A stretch of DNA of 64,000 nucleotides. Source: Eutreptiella sp. 'Long Island Sound 2002' (Eukaryota; Protista; Euglenida). Below the pieces are notes generated by a model. The model was not told the DNA's origin, did not search any database, and saw nothing but the letters and a program-made list of their open reading frames with translations. The stretch lies in assembly GCA_964036045.1 (NCBI GenBank), contig OZ038378.1, positions 195,114,001-195,178,000 on the forward strand, in the 5' to 3' direction. Of the stretch, positions 25,135-35,025 are shown in pieces. Numbering within the stretch: the first letter of the stretch is position 1; every line of letters begins with the position of its first letter. The translations under genes and the position numbers were made by a program.

Positions 25135-25545
25135 AAATTCTATTGCCTTCGGCAGTGCACCTGTCTGTTGGCTGACAGTCAGCCAATCAGTCCCTTAGCT
25201 AGGCCAGCAGTCAGTCAGACAGAAACACACAATTTGGGTTTTTTGTCAGTGGCAGACGCGGCCCCAAGCAGTGGGGAGACCTTTCGCCTCAAGGCAAGCA
25301 GTGGCCGAATGGTAAGGCAGCCGACGGCAGACTTTTTGGTCGGCGGTTTGAACCCTGGTGGGGCGAATGTGGCGCCGCGACGCCGCCGGCAGTTGGCCGA
25401 CCAGGATTCGAACCGCCGACCGAAAACAGTGCGTCGGCTGTGTTACCATTCGACCGGCGTTTGGTGTGAAAGCGATATGTCTCCCCACTGCTTGGAGCCT
25501 TCTGAGCGAAAACTTTTGACCCCCCCCCCCCACCCCCCCCTCAAA
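25135..25545. repeat. tRNA-related SINE-like repeat, copy 2, with two inverted A/B-box modules
   Basis: Plus module 25298-25363 (TGGCCGAATGGTAAGGC...GGTTTGAACCC) and minus module 25396-25458 (GGTCGAATGGTAA...GGTTCGAATCC); same flanks as 23110-23470. Confidence 0.6.
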
Positions 25546-25592
25546 AAAGTGATATCCAGTTTTAGGGGATAGAGGCCTCAGAATCAAAAAAA

Positions 25593-25756
25593 CCATTGGG
25601 GGATGGTCTTATTGGGCAAAATAATGATTTTACAAGGGGTTGGACATCCAATATCATGCCTTGGGGTATGCTACGCGAATGACCCCCCAAGAATGGGGGG
25701 TATACGACGCCCGCGCCTGCGCTTGATCTAACAACCTCTCTTCGAGGTGATTTCCC
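25593..25756 (+). repeat. Dispersed ~170 bp repeat (other copies 43581-43761, 44411-44573)
   Basis: aatgattttacaaggggtt...ggggtatgctacgc...ttgatctaacaacctct..gaggtgattt in three copies. Confidence 0.85.
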
Positions 25757-25833
25757 ACAACAAAATATTCACCCTACGAATTTTCCCCCTCCTTGTAAGA
25801 GACGCCCGTCATGTTGGTGGCCACAACAGCCGT

Positions 25834-26640
25834 TCAACCAGAAGCCTTTGAAGACCACTCCAATGTCGGAGAACAGGCGTGGGCCGTCGTCCGGGCAGCC
25901 CCGTTCCTCTCTCCCAAAGGGGCGGCCTGGGAGACGTCAGAAGACGAGGAGGAGGACGTGGACGACGTGGATGACCCAGATACCCAGGAGGAACTGTCGC
26001 AGCACATGGAGCTGGACGCACGATCCGATCGGGACCGCCGCCCTTTTTCCTTCCCCTTCTTGTGGGCCTTTTTCTCCTTCTTGCGGGCCGGTCGCGCTTT
26101 CTCTTTCAAGACAGATGTCGCTTCGTTGTCGCATTTGAGAATCGTTTCCCAGATTGCGATGGCTAGATCCCAGTGAAGCCCCAATCCGTCGGCCTCCTCC
26201 AACATTCCCGCGTCCAAGCCCATGGCTGCGCATTCTGCACGGACCCGTCCCGCTGCCAAGCTGGGCAGCGGTCCCAAATATGACTCCACGACCGGGCATA
26301 ATGTTTGCGTCCATCAGGACACCCCTGCTCGCTGGCGCAAGGCCTTAAGATGCCCTTTTAAGAGGGCGTGCTTGTCCTCAGTGTAGCTTGCACCTCCGCG
26401 CCTAGCCTCTCCGTCTCAATCTCCTTGCTTGAGCTGTGTGTGCTCCCGGCCAACTCCGTTCCCTACGTTAGCGCCGTCTCCTGCGGAACGTTTATATCGC
26501 CAAGATCCATCCCGCAGTGGACTCATGCGTTGTGCCTACTTCATGATGTCGACGTACGCGAACGCCACCTGGCGTTGTTCTGGTGCCAGATCAAATCGCT
26601 GCACGTCTACGTCCCAGGACACGCTCAGGGCGAACATAAA
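25834..26640 (-). pseudogene. Degenerate ORF with K-rich and S-rich tail (possible retroelement ORF1/gag-like)
   Basis: One GC-rich frame with three stops: ALSVSWDVDVQRFDLAPEQRQVAFAYVDIMK*...LKGHLKALRQRAGVS*WTQTLCPVVESYLGPLP...KKEKKAHKKGKEKGRRSRS..SSSSSSD; family not recognised. Confidence 0.4.
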
Positions 26641-27791
26641 ACACACGCACGTTACTGCAGAACTACAGTTCTCCACCTGATGTGGTTACACCACCAAGCC
26701 CATGGCTAGTAAGCCACCTCCCCGGGCAGCTAGGCCACTGCCCCTAACACATGATGCCACCAGTCGCGGCCCATGTCCCACATGATGCCTCAAATGGAAC
26801 GAGCAATAATGCCGTACGCCCAAATGTTTGGCACACCCAAGGCATGTTGGGGCTCGTCACAGAATTTGAGCATGGGGTGCCGCTTGCGCTCTCCATCACC
26901 ACCTCCGCCCTTTGAGGGGCCATCTCCCAATGGTGGTCCCTACCTACTCCCTATTCGGATGCCGTCTGCCCGCACCCCCACCCCCCTACCATCTCCCCCC
27001 TTGCCCGCCTCATAACCAGCCATGTTCCTACGCCAGCGGTGTAGGTACTAGATCGGGGGGCCAGGGGGGGGGGGGGCGGGCGGTGCCATAAAGTATGTAC
27101 ACCCGGGTGCACATGCGTGTTCCCCTTTTGAGAAGGGAACCCCCCAACACATAGATAGGGGGGTTGGTTGTCCGCCCATTGGGTCGGGGGTGAAGAGGGG
27201 CGGGTTCAGAAAATGCGGGAGGTGGGGAGCCCGCTCCTGATGCCATGATGCCACCGGGACAGTGTCCCCATGTTGGGACTGCCGCTGGCATCATGACGTT
27301 GGGAGGAAAAAGTAGCTCGCAATCGCGTGCACTTTTTTTTTTATGTTGGTTGTGCAAAAAAAAAAAAGCGCAAGACGCGCACTTTTTTTTGGCTTAGGTT
27401 GCGTACCCACAGCATTTTCAGTCTTACGCCAAAATAAAAAGTTCACGCGGCCTGCAGCAAAAAAAATATGTGACATGCGCCTGACACTGACGTTGGGGGC
27501 TGGCGGCCGGCATTGTGCGTTCCTGTGGGCACATATCTCGATTGTCGACTTGGGGGGGTGTGACCTAATTAAAAAACAGACAAATGCAAACCAGAGGTAA
27601 TGCACTCCACAGTCAGGCATAAGTGCATCTTTATTCTCTATGCCAAACCTGGTTGAACCTCAAGACACACACTGTGTCTGAAACAGAAAACAGAACATCA
27701 TGTCTGACTACATTAGTCAGACAATCACAGTCAGTAGCTGTCAGTCAGACATCAGCTGTCGACTTGGGGGGGGGGGGGGTTCAGGACACAC

Positions 27792-28171
27792 CTCGTCCAC
27801 GTGGGGACAGTTCTGCATGAGGTAATCCAGGCAGATGTCTGTCACCTCCGTGCCCTCCAAATTGATGCGCCGCAGGTTCGGACAGCACTGCGCCACCACC
27901 AACACCTCCGGGTCCGCGGCGGTGGTGTCTTGCAGGTTGAGATACCGTACCACACGCCCCAAGGCACTCTTCCATATGGCAATCTCCTCAAAATCCAACG
28001 CGTCTGCCCCTGAGGCACACAGACACCGCGCGGCCTCAGCAGGAGCTTTAAGGTGGTTTCGGGCTGCTTTGTGCGATGCATCCGTCACATAGGGTTCCCA
28101 GTAACCGGGGTCCTGCGGATCAAACTTGCGGGATGCGTCGCTGAGTTTTGAGCCCACTTCTGGGGGCGTTT
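27792..28171 (-). CDS. Exon encoding cysteine-containing-type leucine-rich repeats (FBXL/AMN1-like)
   Basis: YLNLQDTTAADPEVLVVAQCCPNLRRINLEGTEVTDICLDYLMQNCPHVDE; acceptor ccgtgcAG| with a branch-like CTGAC ~30 nt upstream; donor GAG|GTGTGT; 380 nt. Confidence 0.75.
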
Positions 28172-30283
28172 CTGCACGGCGCGGGCACAGCGCCCAACAA
28201 TAAGTCAGCTTTCCCGTGACGACCCTGACAGCATTCTGGCATTTGTTTTTGGACTGAGTAAGAATCTGAGTAGTCCTGTGGATCGAAACACAGTAATTAC
28301 TGCAGTCACCTTGGCTCTCAGGGGGGAAATGGGTCCAAAATAGCCGACTTTTCGCACAGCACGGGTACGGCGCACGGTGCGCCCCCCCTGCATGCCGTGT
28401 GTGCCATGGGCCAGGCTCACTTGCGATTGTGTGCATGCGCCCTGGACCTTCGCAGGCATTGTGGACCAGCTTTCGGTTAAAATCGCCGGCGGTTATGGCT
28501 CAGGCCGGCGGCCTCGGTGCGACGCACCCCCTCGGGGCAGCACCGAATCTCGGTCTTTAGTCCAACTCCAACCATTTCCCCCTTGCTCAGGCTTCCAGGA
28601 CGAGGGCACGTCCTGCCTGAACGAAAAGGGGACTCCCGCGAGTCTCCTTTTCGAACTATTGCTACCCCCTCCCTTTTTTTTTTCAGAGTAGCCGGGCTCC
28701 AACAGTAGATCTGCAGCATTTCATGGGAAGTGCTGTCAAATACTCGGTTGCCCAAGTCACCACTTGCCCCGTGTGGCGTGGTGCAGTGTCCGCCAGCCTT
28801 CCCTCATCCTCATTCTCTTCGTCGCAGGAGTCGTGGTCGTTCCTACTGTAATCACTGCCCACACTTTCCTCAATTTTCCCCATTCTCCCCATCAGCAGCC
28901 GTGCCATCAGCAGTACCACAATGTGAGGAGCGTTCACACTCCCACAAGCTGGACCCCCTGCTCTATCTGATAATGGGGAGGGGGTTGGGGATGCGCTCTG
29001 AAACATGGGAATTCCGCACATCAAAAAGCATGACAGGCGCCGCTTTCGAGGTGTCTGAACTGCTGATGGCCTCAACCAGCAAAAGGTTGAACCCCCCCCA
29101 GAACACAGAACAGATTGGCTTAGGCCAAGAACTTGAGGGGCTAGAGCTAGAACCTGAGTTAGAGCTAGAGCCAGGGCCATCGCCAGGGCCAGGGCGTGGG
29201 CCAAAGCTAGAGATAGGGCTGGGTGCGAGCTAAGACCAGAGCCATAGCCAAGCTGGTGCTAGTGCTGAGGGGAGCAGTCACACACCCATACAAACATAGC
29301 ACTTGATCCGAGCCTCTGCGTAAATCTCCTTCCACACGCCCCTGTGCCTCGGGTAAGCCCATTCCACATGTGCCTCGTGCCTCAACCGGCCCCACCACAG
29401 CACGTCCATAATGCTGGCAAGGTCTGCAGGACATTGTAGTGGCAGGTGTGGCCTGGCTCACTCGCGGAGGCACGGTCCCTTGCGAAGAGTGGCCCCGTCC
29501 ACAAAGTGGGCCGTGGTACCGAGGCAGGCGGAGGCACATTGAACTTCATGCTGGCACCAGCAAATCTACACGGGCCTTGTTGGTGGCAAAACCCACCAAA
29601 AGGCCAGGCGTCACTGGAGGTCTCAACTGTGTCCCATGATCGGCACTTGCCGCACATGTGCGGTCTCTCCCCACTGCAAAGTGCTCCGCCCCTTTCCGTT
29701 CGGGTATGACAGTGGCATTGGAAGCCAACTGTTTGTATCAACTGCTGCTGCTGCTCAATGCCCCCCTCTGGGCCATAAGAGGTCCCCATCGTGTCTGTGC
29801 ATGAGCTCCATTGTATGTTCAATTTGTGGTTGTGCAATGCAGGAGCTGATTAGTCACTGGCGTTGCTGTGGGCCACAAAAGTGCCTGCAACGATTTTCTG
29901 GGGGAGGTGAGGGCCCGGGTTGAGGGTGCGTAGCAGGCCCCAGCGATTTCTCCTGCTTTGGCGGTTTCTCTCTCGACCACTGAGTGGGGAAAGGACTGCA
30001 ATCATGGGCTCGCCCGCAATCAGTCCTGTTCTGTTCGCTCTACATTGTGACCGCTCACTGTCACTTGATACGGTCACTCAACCGCCAGAAACCCCCCACC
30101 GAACCCCCAGAACCGACTGAGCATTCAACCCGGATCCCCGCGACGAGCCCCTTTCCCCACACAACGTCTGCCATCCAATGCCTGGATCTCCCAGAGGTGG
30201 TCTCAGTCACAAGGAGCCGTGCCTCCAGCCAGATGGATCCCTCCTGGCCGCTCCCTGCTGCACAGCAGCCCCCAACTTCAGAC

Positions 30284-30412
30284 CTGCGACAGTTTCCCAC
30301 ATGAGCCACTCGCCCACCGGCTGGTCAAACACAAAGCTGGAGAAGAGCCTGGCCCCAGAAGCGGCAACGGCAGCGTCGGACAGCCACTGGTGATACATGC
30401 TGCTTGCATCGC
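30284..30412 (-). CDS. 129-nt internal exon, likely of the same LRR gene
   Basis: ctccttcAG|GC GAT GCA...GTC GCA G|GTCTGA encodes DASSMYHQWLSDAAVAASGARLFSSFVFDQPVGEWLMWETVA; phase-compatible with both neighbouring exons. Confidence 0.6.
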
Positions 30413-31178
30413 CTGAAGGAGGTTGGATTCGTGAGCCCAACAACCAAGACACCCGAGGAATGCCTCTTGGGACTTCGAAGAGCGCACGGGGCACCTCTTT
30501 CATCTCCAACGCTCGAATGGTCATTGACCAAAAACAAAAACATTCCGCGGATATTCACGAGGCAATGATCCGGAAGAACGCAGGAAAATAAGCGCAAGAA
30601 GGAACCATTTAAAAGCGGCACTGATGAGCCCGACCTGCCTCCACCTCGTTGAGGGAATGACGCTACTCACTAGCTGCAGCTTGAACTGTACCTCGAGTTC
30701 TGGCTCTGGCTCTAGGCTTGATCCAGCTCTTCCTTTCGCACAGCTCTCTAGCTGCCATCTCAAGCCCTGGCTCGAAGTCTAAGGCTCCATCAATGGAACC
30801 CAGCTCTCATTCCCTCTATATGGCTGTATAGCTCTGGCTCTGGCTCTAGCTGTGGCTTTGGCTCTGGCAGGAGCTGGAGACTGACCCTGATCCGTGTGTA
30901 CTCTCAGGACACTGTGGAGCCTCCAGTTCTGGGCCATGCATCCAGTGGCACCAAAGCAACAATTCGAACGCCAAGGGCGTTCGTCATGGAAGAAGAGAGA
31001 AAAAAAAGAGAAAATGCCGGTGCGTTTGGGCCCGAAGAAACCACCAACCGCTGCCTGTTACCGGCCACCTGCCGTCCATTAACCAATGGCTCAAAAAAGG
31101 GAGTCAGGGGAACTGCCGCACACTGCACTGCACAGGACGCACTCTCTGAAGCAAGCTCTCCCCACACCCCACGCATAC

Positions 31179-31375
31179 TGTGCTGTAGCGCCGTGACGTG
31201 AAGGAATAGCACAGGGGCTTGCAGCGCCAGAGCCACACAGCGGAGCTGGTCTAAGCCGTGTGGTGACAGCAGTGCGGGCAGCTCCTGCAGAAACGGGGCG
31301 ACTTGGGCATTGTCCAGGGCAAGGTAGTGCACAAAGAGCTGCACCACGGCGTCGGCGGCAAAGGGGCATTCATGC
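31179..31375 (-). CDS. 197-nt internal exon, likely of the same LRR gene
   Basis: ctctgcAG|G CAT GAA...CAC A|GTATGC encodes HECPFAADAVVQLFVHYLALDNAQVAPFLQELPALLSPHGLDQLRCVALALQAPVLFLHVTALQH; GC3-rich; joins 30412 in frame. Confidence 0.65.
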
Positions 31376-31954
31376 CTGCAGAGCGGTGCAGACACTGTGG
31401 TCCCCAACAGGCAAGGAGCGGCAGCACTCGGGGGGTACGGGCCACCAGATCCGCTTTTCCTCGCAGCCGTTCCTGTCTTGCTCCATTCCCGCAGGCATAT
31501 GCATCCCTGCACTTACTCAAGACGTGCGTGTGTGTGCGCGCGTGTGTGCGTCTACGTGACAACATACATACGTCCGCATACAGGGGGGGGGGGATTTGTA
31601 CGGGGACTATTTCGCCGCAGAAAATTTTGTGGGGGAAAATTTCGCCACCCTTGGGAATCCCGAAGCTCCAACTGCCTCGTGCCTGCATCTTGGTCCCAAG
31701 CCTTTTTTTCTGCACAAAAGGCCGTAAATCCACTGTACAGGGGCTTATTGTACAGGCAGAAACCCACCGTCCTCCTCAAAAAACTTGATACCGTGGACCC
31801 CATGTGCCCAAAAAAGGGATATAGGGAACGAAGATGTCTGGTCGAGTGGTAATGAGCAACATCATAAATCTGTGTGCGCTGTTTCAAATCTCACTGTGGG
31901 TAAGTTTTAAACTGCCTCAGAATCGACCTAGTGTCAAAAAGGAGGTTTTGGAAG

Positions 31955-32339
31955 TGTCGGCGGGGGGGGGGGGACTTGGCGCCACTGTTTCCGTTTGCAG
32001 CGCTTTTTTTTCCATGTGCACGGCAACACTGTGCCCTTTCCGAATATGTTGGCCGTGCTGATTGAATTCACCATATTTTTGAAATCCGGGGCCTTTTTTT
32101 TTTTTTGGCCAGGGTCACCTGGAAAATTGACAAACCTTCCCAAATGTCAAAAGCAAGGTCTTGCAAGTGTCGGGGGGGGGGGACTTGGCGCCACTGTTTC
32201 CGTTTGCGGCACTTTTTTTTTCCATGTGCACGGCAACACTGTGCCCTCTGCGAATAAGTTGGCTGTGCTTATTGAATTCACCATATTTTTGAAATCTGGG
32301 GCCATTTTTGGCCAGGGTCACCTGGAAAATTGACAAACC
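31955..32339. repeat. Tandem duplication of ~185-200 bp inside the pogo element
   Basis: gtcgg..gacttggcgccactgtttccg...ggtcacctggaaaattgacaaacc occurs at ~31955-32138 and ~32168-32339. Confidence 0.9.
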
Positions 32340-32399
32340 CGCCCAGACGCCCCCCCCCCCCTGTTTCCTTAATTCCTTATAAACGCTGTCCGGCACACA

Positions 32400-33725
32400 C
32401 AAATTCTTGAAATTTCCTTCAAATGGCTGCGGTACAACATTACAAGGCAGTGTGAATATGCCAACCCCACTGCCACCGGTGAAGCAAACAGTATGGCACA
32501 CAAGTGTATTGAAGAACACACTGTGTGGATGTGCAGAAGAAAACATGTGGAAAAAAAAGTGCCCAACATCATGGGACCGATTTGGAAGGCCCAGCAGCAA
32601 ATATATGTGTGTCCCAGGCACATGATATATATTGAAATGTGCATGGCAAGCAACCTTTTTAAGTTCTTCAAAATTAATGTGACTGGACACATTGTCAATC
32701 AACATGATGGAGGGTAGGTCCAAAGGAAGGGATGAGGACTGTTTCACAGCTTGCAGCTCAGCATCCAACTCCTTGAGCAATCTTGTAAATGTCTCATGCG
32801 TTTGGGTTTTCTTGGCTGCATGGTCATGATGGATGGCAGGATGCATCAAGGCTTTCATTCGATCACTAAAACGTGGGTGACATCTCTCCGAGGTCCCTTT
32901 CCAAATGATTTGAAAATACACCACCTCGCCCAACTCATTCGTTACCGGTCCACCAGTAACCATACGTTTTTCACGTGAGCAAGACATGAAAACGTTCTGG
33001 GTCTTGGGGTGGTCATAAGTTCCTTTTTGCTCTGCAAAATACTTCAATGGTGTTTCATCAAATGCTAGCCGCAGCTGTGGAGGTACAGTGCTATACCCTG
33101 GTGGCATCGGGATTCCATGCTGCGCCAAGTGCAAAAAAACATTGTGCACGAATCTGCGCCACTTGTTGTCAGCGAAGGTGTCCGCAACAGTGGAAGGGCG
33201 GCGGTCAGTATCCCCAGTACGCCATGCCCATCCCTGCCGACGCTTGAAATCACGGGCCCACAATTCATTAAAGTACAAGCCAAAGCATTACTTCCACGGC
33301 AAGCTCTGACCACTTGCTGCACCATGACCAGGATACCCTCCTCATCTAATTTGGCACCCGCAGCCCTTGTGCTATCGAAATATTTCACCACAACAGCATT
33401 TTCCTCGGCGGTCAATGTTGACGGACGGCCCATGGGGTTTGTGCGACCTTGCAGGGCAAAGTGGTCTTCCCAAACCGTAAAGTGCTGTGTGGGGGACAGT
33501 CCGAACCGTATGGTACATTGCAACCCTTCATCTCCTTCCTCAAATAATGCAATGCCGCCTCTTCACGCTTTGTGTCGTCCCAAGCTACCACTGGTTTCGA
33601 TTTGTACGCTTGCCGTTTTTTTTTGTAGGTTTCGGTGGCAACGTGGATGCAAACTGCTTCAGGTTGTCCACCAGACCATCCACAACAGCTTGTGTTGATG
33701 ATTTTTGTTTGACGAATTTGTCCAT
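32400..33725 (-). pseudogene. pogo-family transposase (CENP-B-type HTH + DDE_1), disrupted
   Basis: MGRPSTLTAEE..LDEEGIL (HTH); frameshift near 33280; WARDFKRR, LAFDETP (D1), QIIWKG, MLIDNVSSH (D2), LLGLPNRSH; D3 not clearly present; N-terminus also broken by stops. Confidence 0.85.
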
Positions 33726-34424
33726 GTCACTGTTGCTAGCGTTGCACCCCAAAAAATAGAGAAAGAAATACTGAGAACAAGGTGCAACACGGTCTAGACC
33801 AGGTGCCAAATTAGATGAGGAATGACTACTTTGGAAAACCGTGATGCATCCTACCATGTGAAACAATCCTCACCCCTGCCTTAATTACCAATAACTTCAA
33901 AAGGTTGCTTGCCATGTACAGTTGGACACACATATGTGCCAATTCACAGTCAAGCCGTTACTACTTACTGTGAGTGGTAGTGGTAGTGGTAGTGTTAGTG
34001 ACAGCACTGGTGACAGGCTCAATGACATCAAAAGGCACAATGATGTTGGACAATTTTCTTCTCATTATTCTCATCATCCAAGATTCCTTGATCCCTGAGC
34101 GCTGATCCTTGATCCGTTAAGCATTCTCTGAAAATGAAGGCACCCCCCCCCTTGTGCAAGAGATGTGCAAGAGAAGGACAGGCCGGCTGGCCCCCGGGCA
34201 TGCGCCCCAGCACCCGCCGACACCCGTAAATTTCGCCAGGGGAAAATTTCGCCACCTTCCTTAATGACGAAATTTTCCCACGAAATTATCCCCCCATGAA
34301 GTTCCCCCCCCCCTATACAATACGGTAGGCTTTTGAACCTTCATACCCTCGTACCCCCCCCCCCCCCGCCCAAATACTGGTACACATCAACAGGGCTGGC
34401 CCAAAGGGGTGGGGCGGGGGGTCA

Positions 34425-34463
34425 CACACTTAGCCCCCACACTTAGCCCCCACACTTAGCCCC
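34425..34463. repeat. 13-bp unit x3 (CACACTTAGCCCC)
   Basis: Direct observation. Confidence 0.9.
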
Positions 34464-35025
34464 CAGATACAACGGGGTACTGGGCCGTAACAGTGCCCCC
34501 CTCATATTGGTGCTCCCCCTCTTGGACGTCGCACGTGTGCACACACACACACACACACATGCACACACACACATGCACACACACACAGCCTAGGGTTCGG
34601 CGCCAGGGGCCTCATTTAGGCTGAGCGACCCTGTCCCCAGGACCAGTCAACCAGCCCCGAGTAATGGGTCCCTAAGCAACTCTCCCTAACCCAGAGACCC
34701 ATCCTGGTTTCCCCCTACAATGTGCAAGAGCGTCCAGGACCGAAAAAGGCCTGTGCCCTCCATAATATGGTGCTTCCCCTGATACAAACACACACACACA
34801 CACACACTTGTGCAGGAACCAACAAGAAAACCACTGACCGCGAGCGCAGTGGAGAACGACGTTAGCACCAGGAACACCTCGTCAGGCCAGTGAGCATCAA
34901 AACAAGAACAAAGCAGAAAGCATTGAGAATGTCATGATGTCAAGGCTAGGCGCCTTTCTGAAGTGAAGTGATAGAGGAGACAGTCGTGTTATCATCCTGG
35001 CACAGTGCTGGAGTCATGTACGACA

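Larger units (their letters stand above)
31581..34315 (-). mobile_element. pogo/Tigger-like DNA transposon with imperfect TIRs and TA duplication
   Basis: Left TA|CAGGGGGGGGGGG.., right ..CCCCCCCCCCTA|TA; subterminal AAATTTCG repeats; contains the transposase remnant below. Confidence 0.8.

Noticed and set aside
28683-29204. Additional exon of the LRR gene (acidic DEENEDE segment)
   Set aside because: No phase-compatible acceptor with a pyrimidine tract, and the N-terminal part derives from a hexamer repeat.
34425-34463. 13-bp repeats near the PLE as telomeric repeats
   Set aside because: The unit GGGGCTAAGTGTG is not TTAGGG-like, and there are only three copies.
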